A DNA stretch of 64,000 nucleotides from Octopus sinensis (Eukaryota): NCBI RefSeq assembly GCF_006345805.1, contig NC_043006.1:13702001-13766000 (forward strand). The letters run 5' to 3'. The notes beneath the pieces are model-generated. The model searched no databases. It was given only the letters and a program-made list of their open reading frames with translations, and had not been told where the DNA came from. Below are positions 30,066 to 42,270 of the stretch, piece by piece. The first letter of the stretch is position 1. Each line of letters begins with the position of its first letter. The translations under genes were made by a program, and so were the position numbers.

Positions 30066-30687
30066 TGCAAGCGCCAAAATATCAATGCAAGATGAGCCAA
30101 TGCAACCCAAACATGTATGATAGATATGTTACGTATGAATAATCACACTCCTAAGGGTTTCTGTCATTCGAAGACGGAGATTTTAATCTATTCCCTCCTT
30201 ATCTGCTGAAATATTAAGTTCCCACCCGGTTTGCTCATTGAAGATAAATACATTCTCGCTATTGCCCATTTACAATGTGTATTTATTTGAATAAAGATTT
30301 TCCCAATCAAACATCAATCCCACTCGAGTACACATATACATGTACATTCACGCTCAAACACACATATATGCAAACATGCATACATACAAACATACATATA
30401 TACATACATATTTACATGTGTGTTTACAAACATATATGCATAAAAATATATGAAAATATATCTTCGAAGATATTCGAGTACCACACAGCGAGCAAACCTA
30501 AAATATATTTTAATTGGTTATGTCGCAGTTTTAAGCTTTTCAAACTTTAAACATATGTAAAAATCCGTATTATTATTCTTACACAGAAAGGTAAGGTAGT
30601 TTACCTTGAAATGGTACGATTGTTCTGAAAACTAACCCGCGCGCACAAGGAAGTATCGCGCGAACAATTATCTCTCAGAACAAAACA

Positions 30688-30901
30688 TACTCTTTCTCTT
30701 TCTCTTTTACTTGTTTCAGTCATTTTGACTGCGGCCACGCTGGAGCACCGCATTTAGTCGAGCAAATCGACCCGAGGACTTATTCTTTGTAAGCCCAGTA
30801 CTTATTCTATCGGTCTCTTTTGCCGAACCGCTAAGTGACGGGGACATAAACACACCAGCATCGATTGTCAATCAATGCTAGAGGGACAAACACAGACACA
30901 C

Positions 30902-30988
<87 letters not shown>

Positions 30989-31162
30989 CATATATATACG
31001 ACAGGCTTCTTTCAGTTTCCGTCTACCAAATCCACTCACAAGGCTTTGGTCGGCCCGAGGCTATAGCAGAAGACACTTGCCCAAGATGCCACGCAGTGGG
31101 ACTGAACCCGGAACCATGTGGTTGGTTAGCAAGCTACTTACCACACAGCCACTCCTGCGCCT
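30688..31162 (-). mobile_element. SINE family A
   Basis: As the other A copies. Confidence 0.9.
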
Positions 31163-32306
31163 ATACATCTGTAAACACTCATACACGATAATATGTATTC
31201 GACTCCCAATCCGAGAGGCTCCTTGTCTTCTACATAATATCTGCAGCTCACAAATCCGACTACATTTGGGGTTAGACCATTACACACCCGAATGCAAGAA
31301 ATCCCACATACATATACATTCATAGTGTAAAACTTCTCACTGAGTAAAGAAAAGTACCCCCTCAATCTTCTGTTTAATATAGAAGAATAAGTAAATCCCT
31401 ATTTAAATTAAGCAACTAATCCTTATGCAAATTGGAACGGATTAGAACTTAACCGTAATGTGTAGTCTAAATTGAATACTATGACATATTTAACTAATTA
31501 AGATGTACAGAAGCACAACACAATATATATTAGAAAACCTATGATCAATTTTAAATCTTTAAATTACTGTTTTTAAAAATTTCGCTGAGAAACATTAAAG
31601 CAAATGTCAATAGACATTCTTATTCCCTTCAAACACAAATAAATAAATCTCTAAATTAATAAATATCAAATAGCTCGAAATTATGTGCATGAATGCATCA
31701 CTCAGAATATCAACATGAATTTTGTACATAATTAAGAATTCAAAAATCAATATCGAATAGAATAGGAAATGCAAATAATCATTAAGAATAATTTAGGGAA
31801 CGAAAAGTCATTAATGAAGACGTTGATTTCGTAATGAAGCAATTAATAATTTGAAAAGTGGGGTTAGTTGCAGGGGACAGATTCTCATGACTCTTTACCA
31901 TGAACAATTCTATAATTCATATTTGAATTGGGTGCTTGAATCATGACGAATCTTTCATTAGCTGATTGCACAAACTTAGACTCCACCTCTAAGGATGTAT
32001 GGATGTGTTGCAGCTACTCTCTTGATAGAGCTTGGGGATCCTGACCGCTGATCTTCTAGGAATCCTTTGCTCAAAATCAATGTAAGAAGCGCCGCTGGCT
32101 CAGTTGAGCCCTTCCGCTGCCTCTTCACAATCCGCCATACTACAATCTCAGGACTTTGCTGCATTCTTCGCAAGATGGCTTCCTGGGTGTTGTACCCAGT
32201 CAAAGGGTAGCTCGTTCCTATGGAGGGCACTGTCGTCACTCCTTTGATGTAATTTCAGAATACCCGCATACCCTCAGAATAATAGTAAGAATAATAGTAA
32301 TCATAA

Positions 32307-32912
32307 GGCGGCGAGCTGGCAGAAACGTTAGCACGCCGGATGAAATATTTAGCGGTATTTCGTCTGTCGTTACGTTGTGAGTTCAAATTCCGCCGAGGTT
32401 GATTTTGCCTTTCATCCTTTCGGGGTCGATAAATTAAGTACCAGTTCTGCACTGGGGTTGATCTAATCGACTTAATACCTATGTCTGTCCTTGTTTGTCC
32501 CCTCTGTGTTTAGCCCCTTGTGGGTAATAAAGAAATAGGTATTTCGTCTGCCGTTACGTTCTGAGTTCAAATTCCGCCGAGGTTGACTTTGCCTTTCATC
32601 CTTTCGGGGTCGATAAATTAAGTACCAGTTTCGCACTGGGGTTGATCTAATCGACTTAATACCTATGTCTGTCCTTGTTTGTCCCCTCTGTGTTTAGCCC
32701 CTTGTGGGTAATAAAGAAATAGGTATTTCGTCTGCCGTTACGTTCTGAGTTCAAATTCCGCCGAGGTCAACTTTGCCTTTCATCCTTTCGGGGTCGATAA
32801 ATTAAGTACCAGTTACGCACTGGGGTCGATGCAATTGACTTAATACCTATGTCTGTCCTTGTTTGTCCCCTCTATATTTAGCCCCTTGTGGGCAATAAAG
32901 AAATAGGTATTT
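32307..32912 (+). repeat. SINE family D head followed by three tandem 184-bp body units
   Basis: Unit starts at 32355, 32539 and 32723, with a partial unit at 32907. Confidence 0.9.
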
Positions 32913-33814
32913 TGGATATTTTAATAAATCTAATGAGTTTCATGTTTTGGCAAGATGACAGGCTCAATATTTTAAAAGTATTTTTAGAATTTTATGTGTT
33001 GATGTGTTCAGAGTTCTAACTCAATGGGGGGGAGCTTGGCAAAAATATTTAACGTACTTTACCCGCATACAAGTAACGAAGGGTTTCTTTTTCATGCGAT
33101 ATTTTTTTTTGTGCTGTTCCAATTTAGATCGAAAATATTACTATTATTCTTAATTTATAAATATATTCAGAAAAGAAGGTGGAAAATTTTCTATCAGGAT
33201 TTCAACAGGAATGGTTAATGAAATAATCGTTTTAAAATCATTATCCGTGAGTTCAATATATACTCTTTTAGCACTCAGTATATAAACAATATATTTATAT
33301 ACAATGTTCTTAGCTAGACAGTTAGAAACTAAAAGGTACTGCACAGTATTATTACAGTTACAACTGGATGTATATTTACTTAAGCTAGGATTAAATTTGG
33401 TCATATTAAAACATATACTCCATACTACATTAGGTGTGGCTGTTTACGATAACTTTACCGTAAAAAAAACAACTTTCTATCGTGACCTTAATTAGACACA
33501 CCTACTTTTGCAGTACTCCTACACTTAACTGAACCCTAAACAATACCAAACTTCCCACATCAAACCAAAATAAAATCTCCTCAAAAACTTTCTGAGCAAT
33601 TCACATTCTAAAAACACAATTTCCTTCTCTCCTTCCCTATTCTCCTCTCTTAAACAACTATTTCCGCGATCTATCTAAACCGCACCTATTTATTATTTCG
33701 CATACCTGCTACCACACAAAAATCAACTTGCTTAAGGCAATAAAGCGTCAAAAGAATACAAGTAAAGGACAGTCTAAAGAAAAAAAGAGCAAGTGTGTGT
33801 GTGTGTGTTAATAA

Positions 33815-34005
33815 TTCTATGTTGTTCCACTGAAATCTACAGGTTTTTTTCATGCTCTGTTTATTTTCTCTAATTCCTTTCCGTTGAAGAGCATAGGCTC
33901 GAAGCGTAAAAGACTTTTTCATTTTTCCCGAGCGTCAAACTAATACATTTGCTTGTTGTTCATGCGCCTGTCTTCGTCTTTTGTTTTTCTGTAAATTTCA
34001 ACTAT
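33815..34005 (+). mobile_element. Short Penelope-like terminal repeat with decayed minimal hammerhead (33877-33912)
   Basis: CTTT-CCGTTGA-A-GAGC(4)GCTC-GAAG-CG-TA-AAAG. Confidence 0.55.
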
Positions 34006-34286
34006 ATAAAATATGAGATATAAAATATGAAAACACAAAATAAAATAAAAAGTAAAAAATACATGACAATAAAATAATTCAGGAAAAAATTAAAATATAC
34101 AGACACAAATCAAAATAATAAAAATAAATATGAAAATGCTAAAATAAATACAAAACAAACAAAAAATAAAATAAAATACTTGTGGGGAAGATAAAAATGA
34201 AAATCAAAATAAGATGAAAAAAATAGTAAGAAATAAAATGAAAATAAAACCCTTATAAATGTGGATGTACATTGTCTATATTAATT

Positions 34287-34416
34287 TGTGCGTGTGCGTG
34301 CGTGTGCGGGCGTGCGTGTGCGGGCGTGCGTGTGCGGGCGTGCGTGTGCGGGCGTGCGTGTGCGTGCGTGCGTGTGCGGGCGTGCGTGTGCGTGCGTGCG
34401 TGTGTGTGTGTGTGTG
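34287..34416. repeat. GC-rich 14-bp minisatellite (GTGTGCGGGCGTGC)n
   Basis: Directly visible. Confidence 0.85.
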
Positions 34417-35064
34417 CTTGTTAGTAAAAAGCTATCGAATCAAATCAGTTTATTTATATATGCCTGTGCGTATAATTATTTTAAAATACAAGTCAACCGT
34501 TATAGTCGTGTATTATTATGCTTATATTTATGTCTGTGTATGTTAAAGTATGTATGCATTTAAAAGACTCAAGAAAACGCTATAGACATCAATATATTGT
34601 GTATCTGACGGTAAGATTATCAACGAAATGTAAATAAGTATATTTATATATGCATGCGCGCATAATTATTCGAAAATAAAAGCCATCGGTTATAATCTAG
34701 CATTATTATTTATCTATTTATCTACGTATGTGTGTGTGTGTGTGTGTGTACATGTGTTTATACATGATTACGTTGAATGCAATTTTAGTTTTGTATGAAT
34801 TAGTGTTGTTGATAGATGTACTATATTTTGTATTAAATTTTATGTATTATACCAGCTAATTAATTAATAAAGGTTATCAATTAAAATTAATAATTAATAT
34901 TATTTTCAATTACATGTTTTTAGTATTATATTATATATTATTCATATTATTTATATTGTTTACATTCTATAAATTGCTTTTTAAATCAAGTTATACTTTT
35001 TATATTATATTTATATATTGTTTTATTATGTTCAATTTTATCTTTTCTAATTATACTTCTTGAA

Positions 35065-36450
35065 AACATATTTAGAGGAATAAACACAAGATGTAATTGC
35101 CTCTTGACGAGAATTAAGAAGTTTGTGTTTAGAAGTCAGAATTTGGAAGATTATTGTGATGCATAACTGACATCTCTTATCAGCAATTTTATACAATCTA
35201 GCATGACTTAAATTTCCCATTTAAGCTGCTAAGTTTCATTATTGCCTTATAACATCCATATAAATGTTCTTAGATTGGTATTTGTCATTTGTTTTGTCTG
35301 CTTTTAAAGCTGTATTTGTGCTTAACAATTCATTTTCTATGGGGTTTTCGGTTGATCCGATATAATATACATCTATATACTATATTATCTTGCTTACAAT
35401 AATTATTAAATTTACATTCATCCTCAATCCTACAATCACAAGTATCATTCACTTCATAAATCATAGATAGTTCGTTTGAAGCATTGTGTATTGTTTGTAA
35501 AGAATAAAGAAGACAAAAGCCGTTGGAAAACCGATTATAGCAGTGACTCCATTAATTCCTAGGGATACTTGAAGAAGGAATTCTTATTCCGGAATATCAT
35601 ATCAGACTATGGAGCATTAAACTACAACAAATATTATAGTCCATTGTTTGTATTATAGTGCATTGTTGTGTCATTCAAAACATATTATTCTTTAATAATA
35701 ATAGAAGTTTTACCTATATTATTTCCATTAACTTCATTGTCATTACTCATACTGTTTTGGTTATAGATTGTTATAGAAAATAACCAATCATTTGTTATTA
35801 ATTGAAGATATAATTCCTAAAAGATTCTTTGAAAAAAAACAAACCGATTTTTACAGACGTAGAATTTATTATTACTCGATATTTACTATCTTTATTGAAA
35901 TGTTTCTGAATACATCTATAAATAGATTTGAGTACGTTGTTTTTGATTTGCGTTGTAAAGGGAGCGATCAGCCATATAATATTGGCTTTATCTGGACAAT
36001 TATAATCTATATATGATTTAGCAGAATTCATGTAAGGGGAGTATTTTTTATTATCATTTTTACGAATATTACAAGTATTATCATTGATATTCATATTCGT
36101 ATCAATTTCAGCTTTACTAGAATTTTTATTTATCATTTCTACATTTAGTATTAGTTTCCGTGAACTTATAATTAGATTTGATATGTATTTTTCAAATGTT
36201 ATTATGATCTTTCGTATTTTCAAATAAATGTTTGTTTATTATAGGGTTACAATAATCATTATCTATTATTATATTCATATTATTTTTATTTATATTTTGT
36301 TTAGCTATCGTTTTAGTCGGTTTATTGGCATTTATAGTTGGTTTACTGCCCATTTTATCATCTTCAGACTCATTAGGCCTATATTAAAATGTTTTGAATT
36401 GAAACAATTGTAGGCCTTATTAAAAATGCTAATAAATTAATTTATATCCA
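35065..36450 (-). mobile_element. Penelope-like element remnant (RT thumb, linker, GIY-YIG)
   Basis: NIIWLIAPFTT...QKHFNKD..Y..IINSTSVKIG, CDCR..EC..YCKQDNIVYRC, YIGST and KRCQLC...LLNSRQE. Confidence 0.8.
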
Positions 36451-36680
36451 TTGAATCTCTCCATTCTCTTACTTTTGATATTATAATATATATATACATT
36501 GAGTATGGTAGATGACTTCAGCAAAAATTTAGATTCAGCTGAATGTGGTACTTAAGTTGAGTCCCAGAATTATATACATTATATACATATATATGCGTAG
36601 CTGAAACTAAGGTCCTTTTCAGATCTAAGGACTTCAACTCACTGCTGAATTCTAGATCCAAAATTTTCAGCGGTTGCAAT

Positions 36681-37088
36681 GAGTGGCTGTGTGGTAAGTA
36701 GCTTGCTTACCAACCACATGGTTCCGGGTTCAGTCCCACTGCGTGGCACCTTGGGCAAGTGTCTTCAACTATAGCCTCGGGCCGATCAAAACCTTGTGAG
36801 TGGATTTGGTAGACGGAAACTGAAAGAAGCACATCGTATATATGTATATATATGTGAGTGTGTGCGTGTGTGTTTGTATGTCTGTGTTTGTCCCCCCCCC
36901 CAGCATCGCTTGACAACTGATGCTGGTGTGTGTTTGTCCCCGTCACTTAGCGGTTCGGCAAAAGAGACTGATAGAATAAGTACTGGGCTTACAAAGAATA
37001 AGTCCCCGGGCCGAGTTGCTCAATTAAAGGCGGTGCTCCAGCATGACCGCAGTCAAATGACTGAAACAAGTAAAAGAGTAAAGGAGTA
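36681..37088 (+). mobile_element. SINE family A
   Basis: As the other A copies. Confidence 0.9.
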
Positions 37089-37474
37089 TATGACTAAGTT
37101 CCTGTTGACGAGCTAGTAGGTGCCTCCCTCTCCTGATTTAATAATTCTACCATGGACTCTAAGCCACTGTCTTATCGGGTTTATATTTTACGGTCTATGG
37201 AGAAATAATTCTAAATCCCCATCCTTTGTTTTTTGCTGAATTCTTATTTATTTTCCAGTTTTTCAACCTTCCACCTTTTATGTCTACTTTTTCGCCTTTT
37301 CTTGCTTCTTCTTTATCATATCGCCAATTGTTAGTTCGTTATGCCACATTGGAAGTGTCTGGAGATTGCGCTAGGTAACCAGACGTGATGAAAACACTGC
37401 TTGGCATGCTCTCAGCATGTGAAACTAATAGTAGCTCATAAATGCATATATTGTGTTTATTAAATTATATATAC

Positions 37475-37575
<101 letters not shown>

Positions 37576-37657
37576 CTTTGATACTTTGATAGGTTTCGGC
37601 CATTATTGGCCCACGCCATGTCTAACTTAATAGCACCACCTGGTGAAGTCTTTCAAG

Positions 37658-40600
37658 TCAGAATTTTGGCACTATGGCCCACTCAAGTAGAGAGTTATTG
37701 TTTACAGAGACATATCCGGGTGTAGGGGGTTTATCCGGGATTTCTTGAAGGAATCTGTCCAAAGACTTCTTGAACCCTATAGGGTCAGTTTCTGTTTTAA
37801 TGTGTTTTGGTGTAATGTTAAAGAGAGCGGGGCCAATTGAGGTGAAATAATTGTGCCGTATTGTTGTTATGAGATGAGAGTGCGATTTTTGTTTTGGGCG
37901 GATGGCACGGGGCCCAAGCCTTGGATGTACCTTAAAGGTGATGCCAACATCATTTGGGCAATGCTGATGGAATATTTTCCACATCATGCAGATGATGTAG
38001 CGCTCACGACGACGTTGGAGAGAATAGAGTTTTAGCTTTTCTAGTCGACCCCAATAGTCGAGGCCTGTCATGCCATCTATCTTTTTTGTGATTGCCCTTT
38101 GAGGTGCTTCAACTTTTATGATACCTTGTATTGTGTGGGGAGACCACAGTGGACAACAGTATTCAAGGTGGAGTCGGGCAAAAGTGGAGAAGAGAAGGAT
38201 AATGGTGTGGATATCTCTCGACTGGAAAGTTCTGAGAATCCAGGAACACATTCTGCGGGCCATGTCAACTTTGGTGTTTATATGAGTGGCCCAGCTTATG
38301 TTGTTGTCCACAATTACTCCCAAGTCTCTGATGTTGTTGGACGCCGCGAGAGTTTCACCTGAAGGAAGGGAGTATGGGAGTTTCAGGACATCCTCTTTTC
38401 CAAAGTGGATTAGCTCAAATTTATCCTCGTTCAGCAGCATATTGTTTTTTTCTGCCCATTGGATAACAGCCAGGAGATCTGACTGAAGGCATGTCCGGTC
38501 ACTCGCCTCATTTATGACCTTCTGTAGCTTGGAGTCATCTGCAAAGATTTTTATGTTGCTGTGCTTGATGATGTCATTAATGTCATTAATGTAAATGATG
38601 AAAAGAAGTGGGCCCAGCACAGTGCCTTGCGGAACGCCACTACTGACTTTGGCTGGGCTTGATTTTACCCCTTCAACTACAACATGTTGAGATCTGTCTG
38701 TCAGGAAACACTTGATCCATTTCAGTAACTTTCCAGAGACACCAATGTTGGATAGTTTTTTCAATAGGATCTTGTGATCGACCCTGTCGAAGGCCTTACT
38801 GAAATCAAGGTAGATGACATCGGTGTTGGAGCCCTCTCCCAAAGCTCTCAAAATGTCCTCAAAGTGATGCAGGAGCTGCGTTAGGCAGTCCCTTCCATTA
38901 CGGAACCCATGTTGGTTGGAGATCAGCCGTCTGTTGCTTTCCAGAAATTGGGTTATTCGAGATCTCACCACCCTCTCAAATACCTTGATGATATGAGAGG
39001 TGAGTGAGATCGGACGGTAATTCACTGCAAGGGACTTGTTTCCCTTTTTGAAAACTGGGACAACAGACTGGGACAGAAGGTTTTTTGGAATATAGCCAGC
39101 ATCCAGTGAGTTTCTCCACAGATTAGCAAGGGGAGATGCAAGTTGGTGTCGACACACCTTCAGGACACAAGCAGGGAACCTATCGGGGCCTACTGCTGAA
39201 TTGTGTTTTATTTCGTTTATCGCCGCTAAGACATCAGGGGCACTAAACGTTATGTCCGATATAGTGTGTTGGGGGTTGACATCACTGATACAGCCCAGAT
39301 CGGCCATATCAGGATTGCTGAAAACAGAGCAGTATTGTTTCTGCAGTATCTCGGCCATGGATTTGGCATTATCTTGGAGAGTGCCAGTTTCGTCAATTAG
39401 AGGGCCTACAGTGGAGACAGTGACCCTGCGTTTCCTCGCAAATGAAAAGAACACTTTGGGGTTGAGTTTGATTTTTTCAATGGCCCACTTCTCCTCAGCT
39501 GATCTTTGGTTATTGATGAGGGTCTTCATGCATTGTTGGAGGTTATATTTTTTGGATTCAAGCAGTGCGATAGCCGTCGAATGTGTGTGTTGCTGTTGGC
39601 AGTACTTTAGTTTGTTAATTTTTTTGTTTGTTCTTTTTATTTTTCTGATAATGGTTTTTCTGTTTTGGGGGATTCTGCACTTTTTGTTCACAGGTCTTGG
39701 TGGGGAGTGTTTTGCACATATGTCTGTGACGGTGTCTACAAAGATCTGCCAAGATGTTTTATGGTTGGTGGAGATGTGTGTATGTGTAAAGGACCAGTCA
39801 ACATGTGATAGCTCGTTCCTGATTGCATCCCAGTTGGCATTATGGAGATCCATGTTGTCAAATGGGTGGGCTGGAGGAAGGTCACTAGGATTAGCTTTCG
39901 GCTGGTGGAATTTCATGTTACAGAGAACCATGTCATGGTCTGAAAGAAGGGTTTTTTCCACTGTAACGTTATGTATAGTGTTAGTGTGGTTACTAAACAC
40001 TAGGTCCAAAATGTTCTGATGTCTTGTTGGTGCAAGGACAAGTTGGGACAAGAAAAACTCATTCGTAAAGTCGAAAAGTGACTCTGCTGCTTCTTTGTCA
40101 GCGGTTGAGGCGGGAGTGCTTGGTTTCAAACAGTTTGTAGTCCAGTCAACACAGGGTAGATTGAAGTCTCCCATCATGAGTATGTTGCTAGAATGGCACT
40201 GTTGAATAAAGCACTTAATGCTGTTGAGGCATTCTTTAAAGCACAGTATGGGTGTTTGGGGCGGCCTATAGAGCCCAATTACTGTCAGGTCATTGGCTTT
40301 GTTGTACACGGTGACTGATTCACAGTAGCCGTTGGAGAATATACTATTTCCATCTGCCGTAAATGAATCATGCAGGAAAATGGCAGTTCCACCCTTCCTC
40401 CTGCCGATACGATCCGCGCGGATGGTTGTGAAATTCTTCACTCTCACTTCGGCTTCCAAGTGGGAGTTGTCAAGGTGGGTCTCAGTGAGAATGAAGAAAG
40501 GGATGTGGTGTGAATGGTTACCAACCCAGTCTTCAATGAATTGGACCTTCCATTTTTGTGCATTGATGGAAGGGCTGACACCTTGTGCATTGAGTAGGAA

Positions 40601-40693
40601 TGTGGAGGTTAGTGTAGTGGCTGGTTTTGACTGTTGCAGGGGGCTTGGATTTTTTGTGTGTGTTAGTGGCAGCAATGTGGGGAATTGGTGCAC
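37658..40693 (-). CDS. LINE ORF2: AP-like endonuclease + reverse transcriptase (1011 aa, intact)
   Basis: EN motifs LLNAQG, TETHL, LYRPP, GDFN, LDLVF, SDHD. RT motifs YLDFSKAFD, VPQGTVLGPLLF, FADDSKL, RDLGV. The frame is open from 40789; the tracked start is GTG and the first ATG is at 40177. Confidence 0.95.
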   Translation of the reverse strand: MHQFPTLLPLTHTKNPSPLQQSKPATTLTSTFLLNAQGVSPSINAQKWKVQFIEDWVGNHSHHIPFFILTETHLDNSHLEAEVRVKNFTTIRADRIGRRKGGTAIFLHDSFTADGNSIFSNGYCESVTVYNKANDLTVIGLYRPPQTPILCFKECLNSIKCFIQQCHSSNILMMGDFNLPCVDWTTNCLKPSTPASTADKEAAESLFDFTNEFFLSQLVLAPTRHQNILDLVFSNHTNTIHNVTVEKTLLSDHDMVLCNMKFHQPKANPSDLPPAHPFDNMDLHNANWDAIRNELSHVDWSFTHTHISTNHKTSWQIFVDTVTDICAKHSPPRPVNKKCRIPQNRKTIIRKIKRTNKKINKLKYCQQQHTHSTAIALLESKKYNLQQCMKTLINNQRSAEEKWAIEKIKLNPKVFFSFARKRRVTVSTVGPLIDETGTLQDNAKSMAEILQKQYCSVFSNPDMADLGCISDVNPQHTISDITFSAPDVLAAINEIKHNSAVGPDRFPACVLKVCRHQLASPLANLWRNSLDAGYIPKNLLSQSVVPVFKKGNKSLAVNYRPISLTSHIIKVFERVVRSRITQFLESNRRLISNQHGFRNGRDCLTQLLHHFEDILRALGEGSNTDVIYLDFSKAFDRVDHKILLKKLSNIGVSGKLLKWIKCFLTDRSQHVVVEGVKSSPAKVSSGVPQGTVLGPLLFIIYINDINDIIKHSNIKIFADDSKLQKVINEASDRTCLQSDLLAVIQWAEKNNMLLNEDKFELIHFGKEDVLKLPYSLPSGETLAASNNIRDLGVIVDNNISWATHINTKVDMARRMCSWILRTFQSRDIHTIILLFSTFARLHLEYCCPLWSPHTIQGIIKVEAPQRAITKKIDGMTGLDYWGRLEKLKLYSLQRRRERYIICMMWKIFHQHCPNDVGITFKVHPRLGPRAIRPKQKSHSHLITTIRHNYFTSIGPALFNITPKHIKTETDPIGFKKSLDRFLQEIPDKPPTPGYVSVNNNSLLEWAIVPKF

Positions 40694-41499
40694 TGGGGTA
40701 ATAGCATAGGATGGTGTTGAGTGATGGCTAGAATGTTTTTGTGTATCTCTTTTGCCATGTTCAACATGGCTAAAAAAGAATTTTCCTGCTTAGGGAGCAG
40801 TTTTGGGCTGGAGGTGTGGTTGCACTGTTGGATAGGGTTGTAGTTTCCACTTTTGTTGTTGTTGTTTTTGTGTCTTCCTGAAAAGACTGGACCAGCATTA
40901 CTGCAGCATGGTGTGTTTCTATTTTTATTTTTATTCAGGTGTGTGTGTTGGCTTGAAGCCCCGTTTCTGTTTGTGCGTCGGGTCCCTGGAAGATGAGTGA
41001 AGGGACAGTCACTCAGCAGACATGTTCTCTCACGTTGGGAATACCGGCAGATTTTGGGACTCCGAGTTGTGTGTGTTTTGAATTTCGATTTACTATTTGG
41101 TGGTGTTGATGTTATTGTGGGATGCGTGCTTTGGCCTTGGCCGGTAGTGCGTGAAGATGCGTGAAGATGCAGTCACTATTTGTGCAGAGTCTCTGGCGCA
41201 GTGAATAGCGGCATATTTGGGGATTTCTTGTTTGTGCCGTGGGGGGCGCATTCTGCTTCCTATGTTTCTTTAAGTTTTTGTTACTGCAGTAGTATTGAGG
41301 TGGTGATGTGGGGGAAGAGGGCAGTGGTTTCTTATTTGGTTTTCTGTTGGTATTTTTGGTGATAGAAGACGATGGTGGCAGCGGTGGTGATGATGATGAT
41401 GATAATTGTGGTGGTTGCCGTGAGAGCGGTGAAAAGATACTGGCATTTAGTGAATCATTTATTATGATAGAAGACGATGGTGTGATAGAAGACGATGGT
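40663..41499 (-). pseudogene. LINE ORF1 remnant with two C-x8-C-x4-C-x3-H motifs, one frameshift
   Basis: [19 protein letters not shown] (41213-41157) and CRYSQRERTCLLSDCPFTH (41049-40993) lie in different frames. The second frame runs to TAA at 40665-40663. Confidence 0.7.
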
Positions 41500-41505
41500 A
41501 TATAC

Positions 41506-41622
<117 letters not shown>

Positions 41623-41705
41623 TATATACATATATATACATACACACACACATATATATATACATACACACACAAATATATATAGATATACATATATATA
41701 TATCA

Positions 41706-42001
41706 CGTGATCGACAAGGTTATCAGATGTTGCTACACATCGCTGATCACAATGCGCTTCGCATTTTTTTAGCCTTCAAATGACGCTACCCCGCTGGCTA
41801 AGCGAGCAGGCCAACAGAAGAAAGAGTGAGAGAAAGTTGTGGCGAAAGAGTACAGCAGGGATCGCCACCATTCCCTGTCGGAGCAGCGTGGAGCTTTTAG
41901 GTGTTTTCGTTGACTAAACACTCACAACACTCGGTCTGGGAATCGAAACCGCGATCCTACGACCGCAAGTCCGCTGCCCTAACCACTGGGCCATTGCGCC
42001 T
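41706..42001 (-). mobile_element. SINE (head C + tail Z)
   Basis: As 27130-27387. Confidence 0.85.
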
Positions 42002-42074
42002 ACACGCACACACACACACACACATATACATAAATGTTTATATATATGTATGTATATATATATACATATACATC

Positions 42075-42270
42075 AGACGCCATGATAGATCGTTAGCCAC
42101 TACACACATTTTTTTCTCGCCTTGTTTTTTCTGTGTCCCTTTCTGTAGAAGAGCGTAGGCTCGAAACGTAAAAGACTTTTTCTATTCCTGAGCATTATAC
42201 TAATACATCTGTTTGTTTTGTACACCACCTGTCTTCGTGTTTTGTGGGTTTTTTTTCGTAAACTCACCCT
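42075..42270 (+). mobile_element. Short Penelope-like terminal repeat with minimal hammerhead (42139-42174)
   Basis: CTTT-CTGTAGA-A-GAGC(GTAG)GCTC-GAAA-CG-TA-AAAG. Confidence 0.65.

Noticed and set aside
31976-32239. 87-aa ORF vaguely like an RLE retrotransposon C-terminus
   Set aside because: Motif similarity is too weak to call.
32307-32912. Tandem repeats as a CRISPR array or retrozyme
   Set aside because: Eukaryotic SINE units with no spacers and no hammerhead core on either strand.
39201-40019. 272-aa plus-strand ORF (also 40332-40709 and 22693-23064)
   Set aside because: Antisense shadows of LINE ORF2 with no independent evidence.
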